A stretch of 32,139 bases of DNA, taken from IMG/VR virus record IMGVR_UViG_3300045988_095662, positions 1 through 32,139 of that record. One strand, 5' to 3'. Below, piece by piece: positions 1 through 8,782 of this stretch. Source of the DNA: a virus. The stretch's first letter is position 1, and every line of letters begins with the position of its first letter. The notes beneath the pieces are model-generated. The model was given only the letters and a program-made list of their open reading frames with translations, did no database searches and had not been told where the DNA came from. Made by a program: the position numbers and the translations under genes.

Positions 1-99
1 GACGCGACCGCCCGCGATGCGGCTTGCCGTGTCGCTGAAGATGGGGAACTGGCTATCGAAGCCGACAGAGTAGCCCTTGGTTCCCCATACCGGACAGCC
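1..99. repeat. Terminal direct repeat, copy 1 (identical to 32041..32139)
   Basis: Base-by-base comparison of the first 99 nt with the last 99 nt shows identity. Confidence 0.97.
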
Positions 100-771
100 G
101 TAAACCTCCATCTCTGAGGGCGACCAGACCTTGCCCAAGTCCGCCCAGCTCAAACCGCTCGATTCGGTGAGCTTTTCGCTCGAAGAATAGCGCTCTTCGA
201 GAAGCACGCGCTGCGCCATGATCGCGTTCTGAAGCGCGGTCGGCAGCGCTGGCAGGAAGTCGTTGATTTCCCAGTCGTGCAGCTTCGAAACCAAGTAAGG
301 GTGCTTTTCCTCGGCGGTACCGTTGTTGTCGTTCGTATCTCGCCACTGAAGATAGCTGGTGTTTGATGCCTTGTCTCCGGTGACGCTCACGGGCGCGAGC
401 GGCACCATGACGATATGGTGCCCCTTCGCTGTGTCGCCGCACTGGTAATAGTGGTCGATAGCGCCGATGCGGTAGCGCACCGTCTGCGACGGAACGTTAG
501 CGCCCGCCGTGATGGGAACGTCGATGTAATCGCCGATGCGAAGACCGGCGAAGTTGGCGCTTCGAGCGCGGTTCCGAAGCCATGTGTAAACGTCGGTGCT
601 CCCGATCTCGTTTGCGAAAACCGAAGCGAGCGAGCGCCCAGCGTAAGAGTTTGTGTTGTGCTGTCGGTCGTATTCCTCGGCAGTCGTTACGGCGTTCGCC
701 GTGTTGCGCGCAGAAGAATCCTTCAGATTGTAGGCGGTTCCGCCGATAGAGAACTTCGACAAGTCGGCCAT
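1..771 (-). CDS. DGR target protein, N-terminal 257 codons (putative receptor-binding tail protein); the gene continues across the junction to 31909
   Basis: ATG at 771..769 follows GGAAGGAG. I scanned every triplet 1..771 in this frame and found no minus-strand stop. The frame is continuous with 32040->31909. The gene lies directly downstream of the BppU-like fibre gene. It is missing from the ORF track because it crosses the window edge. Confidence 0.85.
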   Translation of the reverse strand, partial: MADLSKFSIGGTAYNLKDSSARNTANAVTTAEEYDRQHNTNSYAGRSLASVFANEIGSTDVYTWLRNRARSANFAGLRIGDYIDVPITAGANVPSQTVRYRIGAIDHYYQCGDTAKGHHIVMVPLAPVSVTGDKASNTSYLQWRDTNDNNGTAEEKHPYLVSKLHDWEINDFLPALPTALQNAIMAQRVLLEERYSSSEKLTESSGLSWADLGKVWSPSEMEVYGCPVWGTKGYSVGFDSQFPIFSDTASRIAGGRV

Positions 772-786
772 TGCTTTTCTCCTTCC

Positions 787-1785
787 TTAGTTGAGCGTCG
801 CCGTCTCGCCGCTCACGTTCGCCTGAGCGACGGTTACGGTCTCGCTAGAAAGTGCAGTGCGTCTGTTGGTGGGCATGTACGCCGTTTCGCCAAGGACTAT
901 GTAGCCGTCCTGTAGCTCCACAAGCGCCGTCGCAAGCGTCGCGTTCTCTTCGCGCAGCTCTTGCACCTCGTCATCTGAGGGCGGCTCGATAGAAGCGATA
1001 GAGTTTGCGATGTTAAGCGCGTTCTGCGCAGCGGCGGTGGCATCCTCCGCCGCGCCGTTTGCCGCAGCAGCGGCGGCGTTGGCGCTTGAAGCGGCAGTGT
1101 TCGCCGCGCTCGCGGCGGCGTTGGCGTTGGATGTTGCCGCGTCGGCGTTCTGCTTGGCGGTGTTGGCGGCTGATGCCGCGTTGTTCGCAGCCGTGGTTGC
1201 AGCGTCGGCGTTCTGCTTGGCGGTGTTCGCCGCCGAAGCTGCGCTTGTCGCCGAAGCTGCGGCATCGTTTGCAGCCTTCGCGGCGTTGGTCGCGCTCGTA
1301 GCAGCCGAGTTCGCCTTGCTCGCGGCGCTGTTCGCCGCGCTGGCCGCGCTGTTGGCTGAGCTTACGGCCTGATTGCCACGGTTGATGAGGTCTTGCACGG
1401 CATCGTCCCAGTTCTGCGAGGGCTGCTGCCCGTCAAGAGCGCTGCGCAGGATTTCGATTGCGAAGCGCTCCGTCGAATAGGTATTGCCGCTCTTCGTGAT
1501 CGTGAAATAGGCTTCGTCGGTGTAGCCGGACACGCTGCAAAGCTTGGATTCGTCAACCGTGATCGTGGCGGCGTTGCCGCTCACCGAGCACTGGCCGCGA
1601 TAGTAGTTGCGCTTGTTCGGCAGAAGCACGACAAGCCATGCGGTAGCGCCTGAAAGCGAGAACTCAGCGCCGTTGTCGTAGATAAGCGCCTTGATTGTGG
1701 TTCCGCCATTGTCGCCCTGACCAACCTTGACGCAGGTTCCCGCACCTTCTTTCGAAATATCGAGTTCAAGCGTTCTGGTGTTCAT
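787..1785 (-). CDS. BppU-like baseplate upper / tail fibre protein with an Ala-rich coiled-coil repeat region
   Basis: 332-aa ORF. The N-terminus resembles BppU N-domains (MNTRTLELDISKEG...). The centre is an A/S/N-rich heptad-like repeat containing a 63-bp tandem duplication. Position is the distal tail module. Confidence 0.7.
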   Translation of the reverse strand: MNTRTLELDISKEGAGTCVKVGQGDNGGTTIKALIYDNGAEFSLSGATAWLVVLLPNKRNYYRGQCSVSGNAATITVDESKLCSVSGYTDEAYFTITKSGNTYSTERFAIEILRSALDGQQPSQNWDDAVQDLINRGNQAVSSANSAASAANSAASKANSAATSATNAAKAANDAAASATSAASAANTAKQNADAATTAANNAASAANTAKQNADAATSNANAAASAANTAASSANAAAAAANGAAEDATAAAQNALNIANSIASIEPPSDDEVQELREENATLATALVELQDGYIVLGETAYMPTNRRTALSSETVTVAQANVSGETATLN

Positions 1786-1964
1786 AAGGAATCACCGCCT
1801 GAATCTCTGGCCGATATGACCGATTCCTGCATGGTAGAAACAAGCACGCTGATAGCGTCAACAAGATTGTTCGTATTCTGCACAAGCGCAGATACCATCT
1901 CCTTTAGCCCTTCCTCGTGCTCAACCGCAGCCGGCGGCGCGGCGCTTTGGGCTGTGTCTTCCAT
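1782..1964 (-). CDS. Small hypothetical tail-module protein (60 aa from ATG 1964)
   Basis: The ORF is coupled to its neighbours and its stop overlaps the next start. The start is uncertain (TTG 1982 or ATG 1964). Confidence 0.45.
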   Translation of the reverse strand: MEDTAQSAAPPAAVEHEEGLKEMVSALVQNTNNLVDAISVLVSTMQESVISARDSGGDSL

Positions 1965-1972
1965 GATTCCCC

Positions 1973-4099
1973 CTAACTCCAAGTCAAACTTTCGTGGAAC
2001 TCGCCGTTAAGCCACCCGAACCCCTTCGACCCGCAGCGGCATTGAACGCCGCTTGAATCAACCCTTATGTAATGGGTCGAATCGAACGCAAGCGTTGCAT
2101 GGCTCCCGGAGGTCATAGTCAGACGCGGGTATCCCTGATTCTTTGAATCTGTCGATTGCGGAGGGCTGAGGATGATGTAAGGGTTGCCGGTAGTTGCCCC
2201 CGAGTAATACTGCACGGCTTCGAGGAAGTACCGGCCTGTGTTTCTCATCCCAACGCCGTTGTCTACGAATCCCACAAGGTCGAACAGCTGCTTTCCTGAG
2301 CATTTGAAGCTGAACCCCGATTTTCCGTCGCTCGTCGCTCCGACGGTTACGTTCGTATCAGAGTTGCGGTAGCTCTCAATCTTGTTGGTCGATACGGTGC
2401 CGGATCGGATGTACTCACCGTTGATGTATATGCGACCGCCACTGAGATAGATTCCCTGTGTCTGGCCGTTGTTAGTCAGCTTGTTGAATATGTCACGCTG
2501 CGTCTGCGCACTGACGGCTGAGCTTGCCGCATTGGCGGCGATATCCTGAACTGTCTTGCCGCCAACCTCCGCACTTGCCGAAAGCGAGAACTCGCCGGTG
2601 GTCAAGTCCCAGAAGTTCTCGCCTTCCTCGTCCGTGAGAAGCCCGGCGCGCACTCGGTCTGCGCGCATCGTCCCAGCATTGATGCAGTCAGCCGTGACCA
2701 TTCCGCCCGTTAGGAAAGTCCGCCAGTCCCACGAGCCGTCGGATGCAAGACCGGAGGCAAGGCGCAAGCCCATTCCGTTTATGTTGATTGCCCACATGCC
2801 GGACGTGCTATTTAGCGGAAGGCCGGTATGCGCGTCGATGGGGACGTTAGACCATATGGTTCCAATCTCGAAAGTCTCAACCTTGTAGGTGCCCACTGCG
2901 TTGAACTGAGCGTTGAGCGCGGATTGAAGCTGCTGAAGCCATGAAACCGACGTTCCAGCCGCCGTGTCGTAGAGCGCGTTTTGCTGGCTGTTGCTCTTCA
3001 GGGCGCTGCTGACGCTCTGCCACATGTCGGCCATCGTGTCAGTAAGCGTGCCGAACGTCACGGTCGCGTCGCCGGTGAGCAAGTCGCGCTCAATCTGAGA
3101 CACGCGGCCATGAAGACGCACGCCCTCGGCAGAAAAGCCCTTGTCGATGATCGCCACGTCATCGCCAACGCCCACGCCCTCCCACGAGCGCCCGAAGGCG
3201 TATAGGTCGATAACCGAAGCGGTGTAGGTTAATTTCGGCTCCTTCACTTGCTCCAAGTAATCTTGCGTTTCCTGCAAGAGCTGCGCCGCGTCCTCGCACT
3301 GCTCGTTGACGTATGACGCGACGGCGGGAAGAATGCCGCCCTCGCCGTCAGGGTGCCCCCAAACGGCGGTTGCTTCTGCATCCTCCACGTAGTCTTTGCC
3401 GCCGTTTATATCGCCGAAGGTGAGACGGCGACCGTAGCCGCCGCCCTCAGTCTCAACGCCCTTGCCGTAACCGTAGACGCGCGTTTTCGGGTTGTCGCTC
3501 GCAACCGAGCGCTTGACGGAAACGAGGTCTTTAGTCCACGTGAACCGTTTTGCGCTGCTCTGGTTGCCGCGCTTGGCGCGCACTCCCACGCGGCGGCTAA
3601 CGATGCCCGCGCCGTCGTGGACGATGATCGTTTCAAGCTCGCCGCCCCATGTCTCGATGATTCCGGCCAAACCCTCGCGCACGCTCTCATGGTAGAAGGT
3701 GCGCGAAGCGCTGCCGCCCTGATCGCACGTGCCGACCTCCCAGCGCGTGTCTGCGAGAATGGATGTGAGGGCTACCGACACGCTGCCAGAAGGCCGCTTA
3801 TCGTCCAACCAGTCATCCCACGTCTCGTTTACCGAGTTGATGCAGACGGCTTGCGTCTCTGGCGCGCCGTCATCGTCGTGTACGCGGTCGATGGTGTCAA
3901 CGATGTGTTCGTGGCAAACTCCCTGAAGGTCAATCCAGACTACGCGGTCGCCCTTCACAAGGTCTTCGGCGCACGTGATGTTCAGTTCGTCGGTTCCGTC
4001 CAGCGCGTCGGTGTGCGTCGCTGCGCTCACCGTGAGCCGCCCCAGATTGTCGCCCCAGCGGTTGAAGCGGGTGAAGCCGATACGTCTAACTAAAGCCAT
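1973..4099 (-). CDS. Phage tail protein (Tal-like / prophage tail endopeptidase family)
   Basis: ~708-aa ORF immediately after Dit, the canonical Tal position. The start ATG 4099 overlaps the Dit stop. Confidence 0.75.
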   Translation of the reverse strand: MALVRRIGFTRFNRWGDNLGRLTVSAATHTDALDGTDELNITCAEDLVKGDRVVWIDLQGVCHEHIVDTIDRVHDDDGAPETQAVCINSVNETWDDWLDDKRPSGSVSVALTSILADTRWEVGTCDQGGSASRTFYHESVREGLAGIIETWGGELETIIVHDGAGIVSRRVGVRAKRGNQSSAKRFTWTKDLVSVKRSVASDNPKTRVYGYGKGVETEGGGYGRRLTFGDINGGKDYVEDAEATAVWGHPDGEGGILPAVASYVNEQCEDAAQLLQETQDYLEQVKEPKLTYTASVIDLYAFGRSWEGVGVGDDVAIIDKGFSAEGVRLHGRVSQIERDLLTGDATVTFGTLTDTMADMWQSVSSALKSNSQQNALYDTAAGTSVSWLQQLQSALNAQFNAVGTYKVETFEIGTIWSNVPIDAHTGLPLNSTSGMWAININGMGLRLASGLASDGSWDWRTFLTGGMVTADCINAGTMRADRVRAGLLTDEEGENFWDLTTGEFSLSASAEVGGKTVQDIAANAASSAVSAQTQRDIFNKLTNNGQTQGIYLSGGRIYINGEYIRSGTVSTNKIESYRNSDTNVTVGATSDGKSGFSFKCSGKQLFDLVGFVDNGVGMRNTGRYFLEAVQYYSGATTGNPYIILSPPQSTDSKNQGYPRLTMTSGSHATLAFDSTHYIRVDSSGVQCRCGSKGFGWLNGEFHESLTWS

Positions 4100-4827
4100 C
4101 GTTCCACCCACTCAAGAATCGCGGTGCCGTTAGTGATGTTCAGGTGGCATCGTCCGTTGATCTCGAAGTAATCCGAATCAATCGTTACCGGCGCGGTCTG
4201 GTTGTTTACCGTCGCGTGCTCGGTCGCCATGTCAAGCCGTATGGTGCTCGAAGACGTGAGCGCGGTATTGATAGCCACAAACTCGCCGGTATCGACGTTC
4301 GTAATCCGCCACGTGCTGCCAGCGGAGGGCTTCGCCGTGACCTTCAGGTAAGCGGGTCGGTTGCCGCCAGCGTTTACGTAGATGTTGCCAGCCGAAACCT
4401 CCATGCGGCGCTTCTGTCCGTAATAGTCGGGGTCGCCGATATGGAAAGTCACGGTTGTAGTCGGGCAATCGTCGGTGATCTCGTCAAGGTCGGTGCTGCC
4501 GCTCACGATTGCGAGCAGGTAGCGCGTCGGGTCATCAGGAAGGTAGAGCGGAGCTGGTTCGTCCGTCCAGAGAGCCGCCGCGAGCTTATGCCGCATCTCC
4601 GCGACCTCGCGGCGGTCTTCCGTCCTAAGCCAAATCTCAACGGGAAGGTCGTAGCCGCCACGGTAGGCGCTCTTGAAGACCTCGCCATGCCGCCCCGGCA
4701 CGCTCTCGAACGTCGCGTTGACGGTCGCCATGATGGGGCGGCGCACCTTGCAGTAAACCAGCTTCGATAGGTCGGTGCCGTTGAAGATGATTCGGTCGTG
4801 CTGGTTCCTAGTCCGTCTAAGTTGCAA
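4090..4827 (-). CDS. Distal tail protein (Dit, siphovirus tail component)
   Basis: 245-aa ORF directly after the tape measure gene. TTG start follows GGGGGGTG. The N-terminus (IIFNGTDL...) is typical of the phage tail family. Confidence 0.7.
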   Translation of the reverse strand: MQLRRTRNQHDRIIFNGTDLSKLVYCKVRRPIMATVNATFESVPGRHGEVFKSAYRGGYDLPVEIWLRTEDRREVAEMRHKLAAALWTDEPAPLYLPDDPTRYLLAIVSGSTDLDEITDDCPTTTVTFHIGDPDYYGQKRRMEVSAGNIYVNAGGNRPAYLKVTAKPSAGSTWRITNVDTGEFVAINTALTSSSTIRLDMATEHATVNNQTAPVTIDSDYFEINGRCHLNITNGTAILEWVERWL

Positions 4828-7471
4828 CTGGCACCCCCCTTTGCTTCAGCTTACTTGCGATGCCAGCGCCGATCTGCTGGCCTGTCTCGTATGCGTCCAC
4901 GCCGTCAGCGACCGTGGCGTAAACCGTCACGGCGACGTTAACGGGCTGGCTCGGCGTGTCGGCGAACCGCGAGAAGGCGCGGTTTACCGAAGTCTCGATG
5001 AAGCCTTGCAACTGCTTCTCAGGCGCGATGAACTCGCCGCCCGCTTCGCCAACGCCGACGATTGAAGGCTCATCGAAGTAGCCGCCGCGCGCGTACCAAC
5101 TGATGCTCACGCTCGGTAGTGAAATCGGGCCGAACTCGTTCCAGCTCACGTTGAAGTGCGGAAGCTTTGGCTTCGGAATGCTTATCTTGATTCCGCCGAA
5201 GGCGTTCATGATCTTCTGCGGAATGCTCGAAATCGCGTTCCATGCGCTTTCGATAGGGTTCTCTATGAAGCCCCGAATGCTGTTGAACACGCCCTGCACC
5301 TTCGAGCCAAGGCCGGGGAATCCCAGCTTGTCGCCGATTCGGTCTGCGATGCTAACCGCCGTGCTCTCGGCAGCGTCAAGCTTCGAGCCGATGTTGTCTT
5401 TAATCGCGTTGAAGGCGTTTGCCGCTTGGCTCTTCGCCGTCTCCCAGTCGCCGTTCATCGCGGCTTGCAGAGCGCCAGCCGCAGAGCTGCCAACCGTCTT
5501 CGCGGTGTTCATGTCGTTCTGCACCGTGGAAGCGATTTGCCCGAAGGCCGAATCGGTGTTGCCGGTTAGGTTGTTCCACCAGTTAGACACGGTATCGACC
5601 GCGCCTTGTGCGAGGTTCCCGACGTTGGTTTTAAGATCGTTCCAAGCGTTCGAAGCGCCGGTTTTGATGTTCTCCCAAGTGTCGGAAGCACCTTGCTTCA
5701 ACTGCTCCCACTTCTCGCCAACGCCGGTGCAGAAATCAGAAACGCCAGTGCTGACCTGCTCCCAGATTCCGCCCCAGAACTCAGGCACGCCAGCAAAGAA
5801 ATCCTGCACGGCTTGCCACTTCTCCGAAATCCAGCCGGTGAAGTCAGACCACATCTGCTTACCCGTCTCGGTCTGCGTGAAGAACCACGTAAGACCAGCG
5901 ACGGCGGCGGACACGGCGGCAACGCCAAGGGCGATAGGATGCGCGGCGATAAGCCCGGTAAAGCCCGTCCATCCGCTAGAGAGCGTGCCGGTGAGCATGC
6001 TTCCAAGACCGCCCGCCTTGGTAACGATGTTAGAGAAGCCGGTTCCGATTTTGCTTAGAAAGCCCGTATCGCCCATGAGCTTCTTAGCGCCGCCCCAAAG
6101 CTCGCCAGCGGTCTTGAAGGCGCTTCCCACGCCCTCTGCGGCTTCCATCGTCTTACCAACGGCTGTTGTCACGCCGCCGAAGGCGACGGCTCCTAGAGCG
6201 AGGTTGTTAACAAGCGTCTGCTGCTCTGGCGAAAGGTTCTTGTACCAGCCCGTGACGGTTTCGAGCGCGGGCGCGAGCGTGTTAAGAAGGCTCGTGCCAA
6301 TCTCGGTAACGGCAGTCTTGACGGGCAAGGCCGCTTCGCCGAGTTCCTGCATGCTCTGGTTCATCTCGTTCTGCGCGTCGCGCGAAGCGAGAAGGTCTTT
6401 GTTCGTCTCTTGGTACTGCTGTCCAGCTTCGCCGAGAAGCCCGTTGAGCGTTTCGGTGATGAGCGTAGACCGCTCTTGCTGGTCGCTGCACGACGCGAGG
6501 GCGGCGTTGAACGCGTCTTCTTTCGTCTGACCCTCTGCTATCGCTTGGTTGAACGCTGCTTGCGCGTCAGAGTTGCCGGAAAGCGCCGCGCTCCACTGAT
6601 CGGCGGAAATCTTCGACCAATTGAGGGCATCGGATAGGCCAGAAACGGCCTGTCCGGTGGAAGCGGCCTCTTGGGCACCCTCGGCAAGGTTGGTGATAGG
6701 TAGAGCGTCACCGAACACCGCAAAAGCGCCAGCGGCAATGTCTGTCCACTGTTGAAGCTCTTGCTCGTTCGTGGTCAGGCGCGCCAAGTTCTGCGCCGCT
6801 TCTGTCGCGGTGTCTTCCTCGCCAAGGATGCGGTAGAAACTCGAATAGACGCTTTGCGCCGTCTCGGCGGTGCTACCCGCCTGAGTGAACGCAACTTCGA
6901 GCTGACCGCTGCGCTGTATCGCTTCCTCTTGGCTCGATGCAAGGCCGGTGAGCGCGCCAGCCGCACCGATGATGCCGCCAGACAAAGCGGTTCCTGCGCT
7001 CGAAACCTTAGACCCGGCGTTTGAAATAGCGTCGGCGTTGTCCTCGATGGTCTGGCCGAGCTTGCCAAGCGCGGTCTTAGACCCTTCGGCCTGTCGCGCC
7101 GTGTCCGCAAGCTCGCTGCCGTAGCTGTCAAGCTGGCGCTCGCACTGCATGATCGCGCGCTTCAGGCTGTCGTACTGCCGTTCTTCCTGAGCCGTGAGCT
7201 GCGCGCCGCTCTGTTTCTTGCTCTCCAACTGCGCGAGCGCCTGCTTGTAAGCGTCAAGCTTCTGCTTCGTCTCGCCGTAGGCAGAGTTGAGCGCCTTTAC
7301 CTTCTGCTCTAGCAGCTCGGTGTTTCCGGGGTCGAACTTCAGCGCCTTGTTGATATCGCGCAAGTCGCTTTGGGTGTCGCGCGATGCTTGCTGAACCTTC
7401 TTCAGGGCGCTTTGCAGCTCGGTAGTGTCGCCGCCGAACTTGATAACAAGCCCCTTGTAAGTGACCGCCAC
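4817..7471 (-). CDS. Tail tape measure protein
   Basis: 884 aa, the longest gene. It has a coiled-coil N-terminus and a Gly/Ala-rich hydrophobic central region, and sits after the chaperone pair. Confidence 0.9.
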   Translation of the reverse strand: MAVTYKGLVIKFGGDTTELQSALKKVQQASRDTQSDLRDINKALKFDPGNTELLEQKVKALNSAYGETKQKLDAYKQALAQLESKKQSGAQLTAQEERQYDSLKRAIMQCERQLDSYGSELADTARQAEGSKTALGKLGQTIEDNADAISNAGSKVSSAGTALSGGIIGAAGALTGLASSQEEAIQRSGQLEVAFTQAGSTAETAQSVYSSFYRILGEEDTATEAAQNLARLTTNEQELQQWTDIAAGAFAVFGDALPITNLAEGAQEAASTGQAVSGLSDALNWSKISADQWSAALSGNSDAQAAFNQAIAEGQTKEDAFNAALASCSDQQERSTLITETLNGLLGEAGQQYQETNKDLLASRDAQNEMNQSMQELGEAALPVKTAVTEIGTSLLNTLAPALETVTGWYKNLSPEQQTLVNNLALGAVAFGGVTTAVGKTMEAAEGVGSAFKTAGELWGGAKKLMGDTGFLSKIGTGFSNIVTKAGGLGSMLTGTLSSGWTGFTGLIAAHPIALGVAAVSAAVAGLTWFFTQTETGKQMWSDFTGWISEKWQAVQDFFAGVPEFWGGIWEQVSTGVSDFCTGVGEKWEQLKQGASDTWENIKTGASNAWNDLKTNVGNLAQGAVDTVSNWWNNLTGNTDSAFGQIASTVQNDMNTAKTVGSSAAGALQAAMNGDWETAKSQAANAFNAIKDNIGSKLDAAESTAVSIADRIGDKLGFPGLGSKVQGVFNSIRGFIENPIESAWNAISSIPQKIMNAFGGIKISIPKPKLPHFNVSWNEFGPISLPSVSISWYARGGYFDEPSIVGVGEAGGEFIAPEKQLQGFIETSVNRAFSRFADTPSQPVNVAVTVYATVADGVDAYETGQQIGAGIASKLKQRGVPVAT

Positions 7472-7561
7472 GTAATCACCCCTCTTCGGTTGTCAAAGTC
7501 CCATGAGTGCTTGAAGCAACGCGCCCTCGCGGGTGCGCTGCCGTCAAGAACTCACTTCACG

Positions 7562-7843
7562 TCATGACCAGAACGCGGCTTCTGCCTTGCGCGCCTTCTC
7601 GTCCTCGTCGTAGTACGCCGCAGCGTCGGCGTAGAACGCGTTAATCTCCAGAAGGTCTTTAACCTGCCGGTAGCTCATCATCTGAAGGTCTGAGAGCGTC
7701 AGTCCGCATTGCTGGCAGTTGTAGATGTATCGCGCGTCGCACGCGTCTTGCAGGTTACTTGGAAGCGGCGGGGCTGGCCTTTTCGGCTCCCTCGGCTTCC
7801 ACTGCATCTTTCGCGGCGCTTGGAAAAAAGTTGTCCTCGACAA
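7562..7843 (-). CDS. Tail assembly chaperone, frameshift-extension (gpT-like) reading frame
   Basis: This ORF overlaps the 3' end of the upstream chaperone ORF (7755..8165) in another frame, between the major tail and tape measure genes. That is the conserved G/GT arrangement. Confidence 0.6.
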   Translation of the reverse strand: MSRTTFFQAPRKMQWKPREPKRPAPPLPSNLQDACDARYIYNCQQCGLTLSDLQMMSYRQVKDLLEINAFYADAAAYYDEDEKARKAEAAFWS

Positions 7844-8165
7844 TGCGCATCACGTCGGAAGCCCAACCGTCCCTGCGCTCCAAGTTGTACGCGTCCGGTG
7901 GGAAGGAAGAAACCCACTCATCGAATCCGATATCAAACTTCGGCGTTGCGGTCTTGATGCACGCGTAGAAGATTTCGAGCAGCGGGACGATAGCGGGCAC
8001 GTCGCTAGTCATGAGAGAACCGGCGATCTTGGAAACTGCGTCCGCAATGTCCTTCGGGCGCTTCCTGCCGCCCTCGACAACCTCATTGAAGCATCGAGAA
8101 TAGGCAATCGGCGTGAACGCGTTGAATGTCGCTTCGTAGCTCTTTTCGCCAACATTGATAAGCAT
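7755..8165 (-). CDS. Tail assembly chaperone (gpG-like)
   Basis: 136-aa acidic protein in the canonical position downstream of the major tail protein. Confidence 0.7.
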   Translation of the reverse strand: MLINVGEKSYEATFNAFTPIAYSRCFNEVVEGGRKRPKDIADAVSKIAGSLMTSDVPAIVPLLEIFYACIKTATPKFDIGFDEWVSSFPPDAYNLERRDGWASDVMRIVEDNFFPSAAKDAVEAEGAEKASPAASK

Positions 8166-8184
8166 TCGCTACCTCCTATGCGGT

Positions 8185-8772
8185 CTACTCGGTCTTGTGC
8201 GCAAGCTCGATATCGACCGCATCAAAGAAGGTGTCGTAATCGGCAAGGCCGGTGAAGCTGTCATAGCCGCTCGTGCGAATGTCGGTGCTCGGGATGGTGA
8301 CGGGTCGCCACGTGAACGGGTAATCGAGCTGCGTAATCTCCGGCGTATCCTGAATGGTGTTAAGCTCCTGCGTCGGCTTCGAGAGCTGGCACATGAGAAG
8401 GCAGCGGCGGCGACCGAGCACGTGCCCCGGCTGCTCGCACATGAAGGCGAACTTTTTAGGCGTTCGGTCTGCGCTCAGGATGGTTCGCCCGTCCTGCGCG
8501 ATCTCGTAGCCCACGAGGTCTGCGATGAGCTGGCGAAGCTCAGCCGTCCCCTCGGTGTCGTAGAAGCTCATGGTGCCGCTTCCGCCGTTGTCCTGCTGCT
8601 TGTCAAGCCAAACCTCGTTGTCGGCGTAGCTAGAAGCCGTCTCAACGGTCGGCTCCATGCTGATAGCGACGGTGCCCGCGACGTGCACGGGGTCTTCGTA
8701 GGTAAGCGCGTCTTCGTCGGTGCAGATCGCGAAATGCGAGTTCTTCACGCCGAAGAATCCGTTTCGTGCCAT
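8185..8772 (-). CDS. Major tail protein
   Basis: 195-aa ORF in the canonical position. The N-terminus (MARNGFFGVKNSHFA...) is typical of phi13-type major tail proteins. Confidence 0.8.
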   Translation of the reverse strand: MARNGFFGVKNSHFAICTDEDALTYEDPVHVAGTVAISMEPTVETASSYADNEVWLDKQQDNGGSGTMSFYDTEGTAELRQLIADLVGYEIAQDGRTILSADRTPKKFAFMCEQPGHVLGRRRCLLMCQLSKPTQELNTIQDTPEITQLDYPFTWRPVTIPSTDIRTSGYDSFTGLADYDTFFDAVDIELAHKTE

Positions 8773-8782
8773 TTGTTTTCTC

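Noticed and set aside
53-915. Track ORFs 53..442 (-) and 415..915 (+), considered as genes at the window start
   Set aside because: Both are Arg/Ala-rich with wrong-frame composition typical of high-G+C DNA. The frame starting at ATG 771 with a strong SD is open to base 1 and joins the VR-containing frame across the junction.
897-1372. Several overlapping ORFs on both strands (897..1265, 1010..1372, 1059..1301)
   Set aside because: They are artefacts of the low-complexity GCN-repeat DNA that encodes the Ala-rich fibre shaft. Only the 787..1785 frame has a structured N-terminus and translational coupling.
5103-6530. Long plus-strand ORFs antisense to structural genes (also 3353..4093, 10323..11423, 13528..14754, 27030..28040)
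   Set aside because: These are shadow ORFs opposite clearly identifiable minus-strand genes (tape measure, tail protein, capsid, terminase, lysin). Their translations are Arg/Ala/Pro-rich with no recognisable motifs or SD sequences.
7511-7545. GC hairpin (gcgccctcgcgggtgcgc) between the chaperone and tape-measure genes, considered as a frameshift stimulator or terminator
   Set aside because: It lies downstream of the gpT-frame stop, so it cannot stimulate the shift. It also has an imperfect stem and no T-run.
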